Sequence record: MG655270.1 | DNA length: 64,000 nucleotides | Strand: one strand, 5' to 3' | In this document: one piece after another, positions 19,223 to 28,784 of the stretch | How the letters are laid out: the number at the start of each line of letters is the position of its first letter | Position numbering within the stretch: the first letter of the stretch is position 1 | Translations under genes and position numbers: made by a program | The notes under the pieces: generated by a model | Told to the model about the DNA's origin: nothing | Seen by the model: the letters and a program-made list of their open reading frames with translations, nothing else | Databases searched by the model: none

Positions 19223-20485
19223 ATGAGCAGTACTTTATTTCCTGATGTACGTCGGTTGGAGTTTGACCGCTCAGGCGTTAGCGCTGACAATCACATCACG
19301 GACGATTACATTGATCTGCCTGTGGCGGGATCAAACCGCGCGATCGTGTTAAAGCATGGGGCGTTCTATACCGACTCATTGATATTGAAAGATGACAGCG
19401 GCAATATTCTGGAGAAATGGGTGGATTACCAACCTGTCTATCCTTATAACCGCCCTGAGCTCAATATCACTGAGATGACCGGCAAGGACAACGCCGCGTT
19501 TATCATGATCCTCAATGCCAGTCTGACCGGACGGGTGATCGCTGATTATCAGGCAGTGGGGATTCCAAGTGGGATCGCTAACCGGGACTTGATCGACATC
19601 CTGGATGCCATTGCCAAAGATGCGCGTAAGTATTACTGGGATGATATCTTTGATAAGCCCGATAAGTTCCCGCCATCTCCACACCCATTGGATATCAAAG
19701 ACACCTATAACTGGGCACCCATGACAGAAGCCATGGCGCGGTTCGTGGATTGTTTAAAACACCTTGATCGCCTACCAACCATTCAGGATTACATCGATCA
19801 GATCGACACGGTATATAAGGACACGTTACCAAAACTCAATGCAGTTTATAGCGCGTTCCTCACCCACCGTCGTAACTACAGTAACCCGCATCTTGATGTG
19901 AAGACCACGGTAGTTAATCTGAACAATGTGGATGATTTTGATATGGCGACCTTGGCAGAAGTCATTGCCGGCACCTCCAGTGTTAAGTTCATGTCACCGT
20001 ACACCGGCTCGCAAGCGGCTTACAATACCCTGCTGAAGAATGACACCTCGTTAGTGCACGTTAACCGCGTACCGATGGTGCAGTTCGGGGACCTGAGCAC
20101 CACTGCGATTCCGTATACGCTCGCAGGTTTCGTACTGACCATCACGGCGGACGTTCCGGCTATGTTGGCGTCACGGGAGTTCACCCTGAAGAAAGGGGCG
20201 ATCGACCTGACGAAGTTTGTCAGTGCACCGGCGAACAAGACCCTCTTCCTCTATGTGCGTATCCGTAATGGACAAGCGAGCTATGAGGTCGCGAGTGCGG
20301 CATCGCCTGAGACCACCACGTATATCAATGTAGGACGCATTGTAACCGGTGCATCCGCTATCACGTCTGTTACGATCAATAAGATCTCCGGACTCGGTAC
20401 CGTGCGTGTCAGTGAGGTTCAGATTGGTTCTGCGATTGCAGTGACATCTGGTCTGCCATCCCAATCGGCGAATTTGAACTGGTAA
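19223..20485 (+). CDS. tail/baseplate protein, paralog family B
   Basis: Shares N- and C-terminal domains with 20539 and the C-terminal domain with 24079. Confidence 0.65.
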   Translation: MSSTLFPDVRRLEFDRSGVSADNHITDDYIDLPVAGSNRAIVLKHGAFYTDSLILKDDSGNILEKWVDYQPVYPYNRPELNITEMTGKDNAAFIMILNASLTGRVIADYQAVGIPSGIANRDLIDILDAIAKDARKYYWDDIFDKPDKFPPSPHPLDIKDTYNWAPMTEAMARFVDCLKHLDRLPTIQDYIDQIDTVYKDTLPKLNAVYSAFLTHRRNYSNPHLDVKTTVVNLNNVDDFDMATLAEVIAGTSSVKFMSPYTGSQAAYNTLLKNDTSLVHVNRVPMVQFGDLSTTAIPYTLAGFVLTITADVPAMLASREFTLKKGAIDLTKFVSAPANKTLFLYVRIRNGQASYEVASAASPETTTYINVGRIVTGASAITSVTINKISGLGTVRVSEVQIGSAIAVTSGLPSQSANLNW

Positions 20486-20538
20486 GGGTGAGTGGGTGAT
20501 CCCCTCACCCACTTCCCTATGACCCAGGAGAGGTTTCG

Positions 20539-23500
20539 ATGAACACCCCGATTTTAACGAAGTATAAATTTGACCCCACGGGGAAAGATCCCGAGAACCT
20601 GATTGGTGGCGAACGCCACACTGTTGCGGCGGGCCCAAAGAACAAAATCATCGCCGTGTTTGAAGGTCCCTTTTTCTCAGCCAGTGCCAAAGTGCGCTTG
20701 CTTGATGGCAGTTACCTGGAACCCTGGGTAGACTTCCAACCCGTGCACCATTTCCCTGAAGCCTCCAAACGCACCGGGAAGTCCTGTACGTGCTTTATCA
20801 AGATCCTCAATGAATCGGTCAATGGGGATGTCTTTATTGAATACCAGGTGGTGGGGGGTGAGTTCACCTTCAACAGCATCACGCTTGAGAACCTGTTGTG
20901 GGCGATCATTAATGATGAGCGTTCGGTCCTGTGGGATAACATCAACAACCGTCCCGCTACTTACCCGCCGTCGTATCATACCCATGACATCTTCAATGAC
21001 ACGTATGGCTGGGATGATCGTATCGCTTTCAGTAACTGGATCTCGGATTACCTGATCCTCGGTGGCGAGCGCTTGAACTACGAAGGCTTTACCAACAAGG
21101 TCAATGTGGTACTGGATGAGATCACCACCATTCAGGCGAACATCTTAGCCCAAGTTGCTGAGCATGAAGCCGATCACACCAATCCGCATGCCGATACGGC
21201 AAAGACCTTGGGTTACAACAAACTGCAGAACCTGGCCACCGCGAACGAAGTGCAGGCGCTGGAAGGGCAACGTACCGATCTGCGTCTTACCGTGAAGACG
21301 GCTGAAAGCATTCTGGCGGATGCAGTAAAAGGCTATTCGGTCAACCTGATTCACCAGGGGATTATTCCGGTCAGTCGCTTTGGTAACCTGAACTTCTTAC
21401 AACCAGGGATCATCGGGTCGTTTGAAGGGGCGTCGATGGTTGAAGCAGAAGATCACTACGCCCAGAACGTTGAGAATGACGGCACATACATTCGTTTACG
21501 TCCAGGGACCAACGGTGAATCTATTGCGTTGTATTACGACTATGTCACCAACATCCACAACAACATTAATACATTCACCGTCACCAACACCAATAACAAA
21601 TACACACCTGCCAGTTTGGATCAGGCGTATATTCCGGCGCGCTTATTTGACTGTCAAGGTGATGTAATTGCCGGGATCATGTACAACAAGGCCGCATTGC
21701 CGAGCACTGCTGATTATAAGTACTGGGTGGCGCTGACCAACGGCACACTGGACAGCACCAAACATAACTGCGCGGTTATCAACAATGCCTATTTTACCAT
21801 GGATGACGGCACAACCCAAGACTTTCGTACCGCCTGGACCCAGTTTTGTTTGATAGGTTCTCGGATTTACATCATCCATCAGAATCCAAACATCGCTACT
21901 ACGATGGAGGCCGGTGGTTCAATCTCTGTCAACGCAATTCCCCAATTCTATCTCGGGTATATTAACGTTGCCGATGTAGTGGCCGGCGGTCCGGTGAATG
22001 TGACTCAACTTACGGGTTGGGCAACAACGCTGTTAGGTCAGACCCGTACAGCAGCTCGCAGTATGCAAATCTGTGATCAGGTGATTGGTCGCTCTAATCA
22101 GCACGTTCTGGTGCGTTATGACGGAAATCAATACGTCAAAGCACAATACCGCTCATGGCCAGGTGGTTATGGTAAATTGGTTGCCAACACCGACGGTACG
22201 TTAACCATGTTGGTTGACTTCACCCTCAACGTTGATGGTCGCAACAATTCCAACATCTCAATGTTCCCAATCCGTTTCATTGTGGACTTAAATGCCAAGA
22301 CTGTGCGGTCACCCGAAACGATGAACCCGTTTGTGATTATCGACGCCCCTAACAGTAACCTGACCATGACGGTGAATACCAACGGGTCTAACCTGAACAT
22401 GTTCAAACTACGCGGGGTAAATGATGGCGGGACGGCACTGACCGGTGATTACCACGGCAGTCGGATGATCACGAAGAAAGGGTATTCAATCTGCACCCAT
22501 CGCCAACAATCCACCAACCTCGGTTTGCGGGTTGATGTCCAACAGATCCCGAACTTTACGAACATCGATGCCTACTGGCGCAATCCAGCCGGGTACAGTA
22601 ATGTACTGTATCGTTCAGTAGGAGATGACACCTCCTACGGTTCTGAGGCCAAAGGTAACTTACGCTGCCCAATCCTCTTCCCGAACAACCGTTTAGGTTT
22701 CTACACTCTGGACTCTAGCGGTACGCATTTTGTGTCACAGCCGCTCATTGGCAATGGTGATTTCGTTTATAAACTGATCGGACTTGGAACAGTGCAGGGT
22801 TTCCAGCCCTCGAACGACCGTGTGAAGGCTGTGATTAAGTACCCTACCCGTGAGATCATCACTGAGATCAACGGCGGGTCTGTGGTCACACATTGCCGTT
22901 CAATCTCTGACGATGCACCCGCGGGACCAGCTAACATTGATTACTTGCTCAATGAATCGGGTAGTATCAGTACCGATGTGAACTATCTGCGGTCGCAGGG
23001 TCAGCGTGTGTTAACTCAACTCGGTATTACGGCAGCTAAGTTCAGATGTATTTTGTTTGTACCGACCGATGGCGGGATGTCATTGATGTTGAAGGTTGTG
23101 GGGTATACTCCCCCGCAAGCTAACGGCATTACTAACACCATCACTGCAATCGCAACTGTGACGTATGGCGGTGCACGTGATGGTGTGTTAGCTGGCTGGA
23201 CTGCCAATGTGGATGATATCATTAGCAAACCGGAAGTGGTCGGTACGTCAGATATCTCCCGCATCCAAACGACTTTTGGTTTATTGACATATAAGGTAGG
23301 GAATGAATACATCGTTGCGATGGGTGGGTTCTATTGCCCTTACACAGTAGGTCCGGCTAACAATTTACCATTAGTGTACTTAAAAATGACTAATGGTCGG
23401 ATTGCCGGCAATCCATCTAACCAGTACTTTGTTTCGCCGTACGTCGACTTGCTGTCTAACACACCGTTTGCACTGCCGGGCAAGGGTTTGTTTGTAACTT

Positions 23501-24030
23501 ACTCAGACGGGAACTACACCACTCCTGTAACGCCTGATGCGGCGGCTGCGGTAGGTCCGTGCGCGATTGTGGTTGCGGGTCAGGGCGAGGATTTCGAGAA
23601 AGTACGGCAATGGACTATTCCAGGCAACTCTACGATGGTGCTGTTGTCACAAACAGTAGAACAAGGCTGGATCTTGTACTTTGCTGAAGAGATCCCGGTG
23701 ATTCTGAATGGGCGGGAGTACGCCTTACCGATCACCAGTATCGACCTGCGTAATGTGAAAGCTAACCCGGCGAGCACCACCTTCTTTGTCTACATTGAAG
23801 CTGTGGATGCAACTACTGCGAAGTACACCATCTCAGCCACGGAGTTGGCGGCTGCGACCACACGGATGTTCATTGGCACGGTAGCAACCAATACGTCACA
23901 GATCAACACGATCAACGTGACCAAGCGATCGGGTCTGAATAAGTACCAGATCTCTGCGGTGAAAGCCGGATCGTCTATTCCGGTGTCAACCGGCTTGCCG
24001 TTCCAACGCGGTAACTGGAGTCAGGAATAA
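20539..24030 (+). CDS. large tail fibre / baseplate-associated protein, paralog family B
   Basis: 1163 aa, T/N/G-rich beta-type composition, HEADHTNPH fibre-like motif. Confidence 0.7.
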   Translation: MNTPILTKYKFDPTGKDPENLIGGERHTVAAGPKNKIIAVFEGPFFSASAKVRLLDGSYLEPWVDFQPVHHFPEASKRTGKSCTCFIKILNESVNGDVFIEYQVVGGEFTFNSITLENLLWAIINDERSVLWDNINNRPATYPPSYHTHDIFNDTYGWDDRIAFSNWISDYLILGGERLNYEGFTNKVNVVLDEITTIQANILAQVAEHEADHTNPHADTAKTLGYNKLQNLATANEVQALEGQRTDLRLTVKTAESILADAVKGYSVNLIHQGIIPVSRFGNLNFLQPGIIGSFEGASMVEAEDHYAQNVENDGTYIRLRPGTNGESIALYYDYVTNIHNNINTFTVTNTNNKYTPASLDQAYIPARLFDCQGDVIAGIMYNKAALPSTADYKYWVALTNGTLDSTKHNCAVINNAYFTMDDGTTQDFRTAWTQFCLIGSRIYIIHQNPNIATTMEAGGSISVNAIPQFYLGYINVADVVAGGPVNVTQLTGWATTLLGQTRTAARSMQICDQVIGRSNQHVLVRYDGNQYVKAQYRSWPGGYGKLVANTDGTLTMLVDFTLNVDGRNNSNISMFPIRFIVDLNAKTVRSPETMNPFVIIDAPNSNLTMTVNTNGSNLNMFKLRGVNDGGTALTGDYHGSRMITKKGYSICTHRQQSTNLGLRVDVQQIPNFTNIDAYWRNPAGYSNVLYRSVGDDTSYGSEAKGNLRCPILFPNNRLGFYTLDSSGTHFVSQPLIGNGDFVYKLIGLGTVQGFQPSNDRVKAVIKYPTREIITEINGGSVVTHCRSISDDAPAGPANIDYLLNESGSISTDVNYLRSQGQRVLTQLGITAAKFRCILFVPTDGGMSLMLKVVGYTPPQANGITNTITAIATVTYGGARDGVLAGWTANVDDIISKPEVVGTSDISRIQTTFGLLTYKVGNEYIVAMGGFYCPYTVGPANNLPLVYLKMTNGRIAGNPSNQYFVSPYVDLLSNTPFALPGKGLFVTYSDGNYTTPVTPDAAAAVGPCAIVVAGQGEDFEKVRQWTIPGNSTMVLLSQTVEQGWILYFAEEIPVILNGREYALPITSIDLRNVKANPASTTFFVYIEAVDATTAKYTISATELAAATTRMFIGTVATNTSQINTINVTKRSGLNKYQISAVKAGSSIPVSTGLPFQRGNWSQE

Positions 24031-24037
24031 CCAGCAC

Positions 24038-24066
24038 GGGGGAGGTGACTCCCCCTTTCTTTATTG
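24038..24066 (+). terminator. intrinsic terminator between the two large tail genes
   Basis: GGGGGAG-GTGA-CTCCCCC then TTTCTTTATT. Confidence 0.7.
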
Positions 24067-24078
24067 AAAGGAGTTGCC

Positions 24079-27000
24079 ATGAGCAGCAACCTTGTGGTCG
24101 AGCCAGGCAGTTGGGGTGAGTTCTATGCCTCGATTGAAGCTTTGACCTGGAAGTTACAAAACTCACGTTATTCTCAGTATGATCTGGCTTCCACGGTGAT
24201 GGTCAACTTTGAAAACGATGTTGATGATCTGGTAACCAGTGCACAGACCCTTTTAGCCAGTCATCAGGCACGTCGGGATAATGTCCATCAGGTGAACGCC
24301 GAGCAGTTGGGGTTTGGCTTAGTCGATAACTTTAAAACTGCAACCGTAGCACAAGCCGGCGAAGGCGGATACCCCAATCTCTTTGTTACCCCACAGGGGT
24401 TTAATGCCCTGGCGAGTAAAGTGTTTGCAGATTTCGGTTCATCACTTCATCATCAAGGGATCAACCCAATCTCGTCGTTTGGTTCGCTGTCTTTCCTCCC
24501 CCCTGACGTCTCCGGTTCTTTTGAAGGTTCAGGTCAGGTATCGGGAAACTCAGCCAGTCCAATGATCATTGAAGACGATGGAACATTAGTGGGGTTGCGC
24601 TACGGTACCACAGGCACCACCGAAGGATTGTACTACTTCTACTTACCAACCGCTGAAGACCGTATTGATAACGCGTCTGTTATTCGCACCAACTTTAAGT
24701 ATGCACCTGCAAACTTACCGGCGGGGGCTTATTGCACCGATGTTTACAATACCGAGTCGGATGTGCTGCTGGGGAATATCAAAGGGTCATCGAGCTACAA
24801 TTGGTTTATCTCCATTACCAACGGGACGTTTGACGCCACCAAACACAACACCGCTTACTTCACTATCAACGGTGATTCGGACCTTGCTTACCTGGGTAAG
24901 TATTCCACGGCGCTGGTTGTCAATGGCTATGTTTATATTTTCGGCATGTTGGATGACGGCTTTACCACCAACCGACCTATTGGTGGTGAGTTGAAAAACA
25001 CCCAACCCATTGACATGGTGGTGTGGCGCGTTGCAGTAAGCAGTATCATTAATAACAATGCGGTGACTCTTGAAAAGATCAGTACTTGGTCTACCAAAGA
25101 TATCTGGGGTGACACAACCAGCAATCCCCGTATTCAGCTCAGTAAAATCGCGATCAGTGAGAATGCAGCTGACAAACCGTATGTGCAGGTGAATGGCACG
25201 CTGGTGCGCTCAGTAATCGTTCGTAATGCCCAGCGTCGTCTGTTTGCCGTGGTTGACCCAAGCAACCCTAACCGTATTCGGTTGGCTGTTAATCACACCT
25301 TTTATGCGCAGCTCTCAACCGGCAGCAGTTATAACGGCAGTTGTGCGTTGAGCCTGTTGCTGGATCTGACTGCAAAGACCGCAGTGGTGGAAGATAACGC
25401 CAACCGTATCCTGGTCGGTGTAAGTGGCCAGACGGTTACTGTGTCCGGCAATACCCTACTGACTGATAATCTGTTAACAGGCTCGGCACTAGGGGGTAAC
25501 TGGCATCCAAACGTCACGTTGACCTCACGCGGGTATCTGTTCTGTCGCACCTCAGGTAACCAGCCAGATGAGAACCCACGGTTCAGTAAAGGACTGATCA
25601 CCAACTTTACTACCCGGTTTGAAGCGATGCGGATTCGGTCACGTCAAGTGCGTCAGATCACCCTGGTTACTGATCCACTGGTTACCGGTACGGCACTGAC
25701 CAACAACTTCATGAAGCCACAGTACCTGGCCGGTAATGCGTTGTTGCTCACCAGTAACCCGTACAAGACGCCCGGGTATTACGCTTACGGTACGACTAAA
25801 CGGGTATTGCTTACCGGGTCACCTACCTTTAACTACACGCTGAACTCCGGTGTGACGTTACAGGGCTGGGCACCTAACAGCAACCGTTATGAAATCACCG
25901 ATGCCAACAATCCACCCCGCAATCGCTTTTACCACATCATCACCCAGGTTGACAGTGCAGGCAATGTGACCTCCAGTCCGTCAGTGTTATCAGATGGCAG
26001 TTCTGCACAAGTGGGCACTTCCATTGATGCTAACCTGAACATCACCGGCTCGATCACCTTTAATCAAGCTGAACTGAACACTGTGGCGAAAGCGGCGTGC
26101 CAGACCGCATTGGGTGCTGCGCCGTCATTGTGGCGAGGTTTGATCTATGTGCCGCAGGATACCGCGGTGCCGTTGATCATGGTGTGTACCGGCGAAGTGT
26201 TGCGCAGTGACGGTAACGGCTATCGGGTGAACCACTCGTTGGTTGAGTTAACGTACACCGGTGCGCGTTCAGGGAACATCACTGGCTATACCGTGAAGCG
26301 GGTACTCAACTCACAGCTCAATGACCAGCAGCCAACCGGTGTGCCGTTAGAGCTGGCGTGTAACGGTGGGTTGAACATCTACAAAACAGCGGCCGGTGAT
26401 TATCTGCTGGGGATTGGTGAACCTACCTTCCATCAGACCTACGGTGGGATCTACGGTTATGTCTGGTATGCGGCGATCAAAGCCGGCACAGGCACCATTG
26501 AAGACAGTTCGTTAAAAGCCTTTAACCATGGCTATTATCCGACCTCCGTTAACCCAACCCCGGTTGTGGTGCCGGGTTATGGCTTGTGTGTGATGGATTA
26601 TCAGACGCAGCAGGCTAACGCCAACGCCTTGATGATCGTGGATGTGATGGCGGCAACCTACGCCGAGTTTGTTGCCTGGACGTCCAAGCGTAAGCTGGTC
26701 TTAACCGCACAACAGGTAGAGCAAGGGTATCTCGTTTACTTCACGGCACCCACTCAGGTGTTCATGGCCGGTAACGAATACACCCTGCCTGCGGGTAACA
26801 TTGACCTGCGCACCATCACTGCCAATCCTGCCAGTAAGACGTTCTATGTTTACGTGCAGTTAGTCGACGAGCAGGTACAATACCTGATCACCCTCGATCA
26901 GCTCGCCCCAACCATAACGTTGATGTACATTGGCAAGATTACCACCAACACCACGCAAATCAGTAGCATTGCTGTTGATAAGCGTATCCGCATCGAAACC

Positions 27001-27528
27001 TTCGAATTGTCAGCTACCCACATCGGGTCGGGTATTCCGATCACGACAGGCGTGCCGTCAACCGCGGGTAACTTTGCTTGGCGGGATGGGTTTGTGAAGT
27101 TGATGAAGTTTGATATGAACCTGGATTACAACGGCATCGTGAGTATGAACTTACGCACTGGTGCGGTAACGATCCAGTTAAGTCAGTCCGGCGAACCGCC
27201 AGATGTTTCCCGTACAAACACGCAGTTTGTGTACACAACGGGCGAGACATGGGCACCGGGGTTAGTGGCAGCCGGTGTAACGGCATCGGGGTCATCAGAT
27301 GCTTTCAACACCTACGTCACTGCATCGAAGACATTTGCAGCATTGGCTAAAGCTGATATTGCCGCAACAGGCACCCTGTCAGCAAAAGTAGGTAATCAGA
27401 CCGGGCGGGTTGCCGGTACGATCACCCAACAACCATCTGCAGCAAACGACTATACCCTTAAATGGCAGGTTACTGACCAGCCAGGCGGGATTGGTAACTA
27501 CACCTTCGATCTCTACGTGCATTACTAA
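24079..27528 (+). CDS. large tail fibre / baseplate-associated protein, paralog family B, with extra C-terminal domain
   Basis: AAGGAG RBS; collinear with 20539 (ISSFGSLSFLPPDVSGSFEG vs VSRFGNLNFLQPGIIGSFEG). Confidence 0.7.
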   Translation: MSSNLVVEPGSWGEFYASIEALTWKLQNSRYSQYDLASTVMVNFENDVDDLVTSAQTLLASHQARRDNVHQVNAEQLGFGLVDNFKTATVAQAGEGGYPNLFVTPQGFNALASKVFADFGSSLHHQGINPISSFGSLSFLPPDVSGSFEGSGQVSGNSASPMIIEDDGTLVGLRYGTTGTTEGLYYFYLPTAEDRIDNASVIRTNFKYAPANLPAGAYCTDVYNTESDVLLGNIKGSSSYNWFISITNGTFDATKHNTAYFTINGDSDLAYLGKYSTALVVNGYVYIFGMLDDGFTTNRPIGGELKNTQPIDMVVWRVAVSSIINNNAVTLEKISTWSTKDIWGDTTSNPRIQLSKIAISENAADKPYVQVNGTLVRSVIVRNAQRRLFAVVDPSNPNRIRLAVNHTFYAQLSTGSSYNGSCALSLLLDLTAKTAVVEDNANRILVGVSGQTVTVSGNTLLTDNLLTGSALGGNWHPNVTLTSRGYLFCRTSGNQPDENPRFSKGLITNFTTRFEAMRIRSRQVRQITLVTDPLVTGTALTNNFMKPQYLAGNALLLTSNPYKTPGYYAYGTTKRVLLTGSPTFNYTLNSGVTLQGWAPNSNRYEITDANNPPRNRFYHIITQVDSAGNVTSSPSVLSDGSSAQVGTSIDANLNITGSITFNQAELNTVAKAACQTALGAAPSLWRGLIYVPQDTAVPLIMVCTGEVLRSDGNGYRVNHSLVELTYTGARSGNITGYTVKRVLNSQLNDQQPTGVPLELACNGGLNIYKTAAGDYLLGIGEPTFHQTYGGIYGYVWYAAIKAGTGTIEDSSLKAFNHGYYPTSVNPTPVVVPGYGLCVMDYQTQQANANALMIVDVMAATYAEFVAWTSKRKLVLTAQQVEQGYLVYFTAPTQVFMAGNEYTLPAGNIDLRTITANPASKTFYVYVQLVDEQVQYLITLDQLAPTITLMYIGKITTNTTQISSIAVDKRIRIETFELSATHIGSGIPITTGVPSTAGNFAWRDGFVKLMKFDMNLDYNGIVSMNLRTGAVTIQLSQSGEPPDVSRTNTQFVYTTGETWAPGLVAAGVTASGSSDAFNTYVTASKTFAALAKADIAATGTLSAKVGNQTGRVAGTITQQPSAANDYTLKWQVTDQPGGIGNYTFDLYVHY

Positions 27529-27529
27529 C

Positions 27530-27568
27530 CAGCATAAGGAGAGGGCAAACGCCCTCTCCTCTATGCCG
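27530..27568. terminator. bidirectional hairpin element between convergent genes
   Basis: CAGCATA-AGGAGAGGGC-AAAC-GCCCTCTCCT-CTATGCCG. Confidence 0.8.
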
Positions 27569-27569
27569 A

Positions 27570-28508
27570 TTAAACAGGACCACCAGTTTCTGAACCGCCT
27601 TTCTGTACCCCGCCGTGCAGGTGACCGGTTAGTGAAATCCCGGCTGCGACAACATCCGCTGGGGTGTTTAAACCACCAGAGGTCTCAATGTGACCAGTGT
27701 GGTCGATATCGCCAATCATACTGATCCCGCCTGGGGAGTTAATCGTGGTTTTATTGGTAATGAGCTCGAAGGATTCATTAGCCGTGATCTTCATGGTTTT
27801 GCACAACATGGAAATCAGTTCTTGGGCTGTGAGATTGAAGTTCTCTTGCGCAATGATTTCAATGTTCTTTTTGCTCATGGTGATCAGGCACTTGTCGGTA
27901 TTGGTGATCTGCCATAACGCCTCAAGCGAGTTCAGCACCAGGTTGTTGTCCAGGTCATCCGCCAATGAGAAGATCGCTTCACCGTAATCCGCCTTGATGA
28001 CATACTGGACTTGTTCGCCATTCATCTTCGAGTTGGACATCATGAAGTGTTTTTTATGAGAGGACCATTCAATGAAGTACCAGTCCCCTTCACCAATGTT
28101 CTTGTCTTCGGTGGTAGCAGGCGACCCACTCAAGGCAATGATGATGGTCTCTAAACGTCGTAGGTCATCATCCAGACCCGTTTCCGTCCAGTAGTACTTG
28201 TCCTCGTCACCAATCTGCCAGATCACGACACGTTCACCTTTGACCACATCGGGTGCAGTGACACGGTTAGAACGGAATGGGAACCAGATTGCTGCGATAG
28301 TGGAGTCCGTTACCACTTTGTCTTGGGTGCTGTCGCCCGACGAGGTCTTGCCGTTATGGGTGATGACCTGTGGGTTCACTTCAGCTTCACCCGACATCAT
28401 CGGTGCAGTTTCACGGGGAATAACTTGAATCTCTTTGCTGTTGGTGCTCTTGACTGCAGCCACCACACCCATAGAGTAAAATTTAAGAACCGATACGTTA
28501 CTGGCCAT
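27570..28508 (-). CDS. baseplate central spike (gp5/gpV-like)
   Basis: OB-fold-like N-terminus, beta-helix-like repeats, C-terminal GHLHGG HxH metal-binding apex. Confidence 0.8.
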   Translation of the reverse strand: MASNVSVLKFYSMGVVAAVKSTNSKEIQVIPRETAPMMSGEAEVNPQVITHNGKTSSGDSTQDKVVTDSTIAAIWFPFRSNRVTAPDVVKGERVVIWQIGDEDKYYWTETGLDDDLRRLETIIIALSGSPATTEDKNIGEGDWYFIEWSSHKKHFMMSNSKMNGEQVQYVIKADYGEAIFSLADDLDNNLVLNSLEALWQITNTDKCLITMSKKNIEIIAQENFNLTAQELISMLCKTMKITANESFELITNKTTINSPGGISMIGDIDHTGHIETSGGLNTPADVVAAGISLTGHLHGGVQKGGSETGGPV

Positions 28509-28581
28509 AGCTAACCCTAATGTTATTTTTTACGTAACCCGACCATTCTATAAACCAGATCGAATTAATAGGAATCGATAA

Positions 28582-28773
28582 ATGAACCAAGTCTTCTTTA
28601 TTGAGGCAGCGCCTCAGCGTTTACCGCAGTGGCTCAACCAAGCGATTCTTGACGGCCGTGTTCTTGTGCGCGGTGACTCCGTAGTAGACTACCCGTTTTA
28701 CGTGGTCGACGGACAGGTCGCAACAGTCGGCCAGAGCCTGGTCTTTGACGGGCAAACTATCACCATTAACTAG
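28582..28773 (+). CDS. small hypothetical protein
   Basis: 63 aa, AGGA RBS, directly upstream of SbcC. Confidence 0.6.
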   Translation: MNQVFFIEAAPQRLPQWLNQAILDGRVLVRGDSVVDYPFYVVDGQVATVGQSLVFDGQTITIN

Positions 28774-28784
28774 CGGCGCACATC

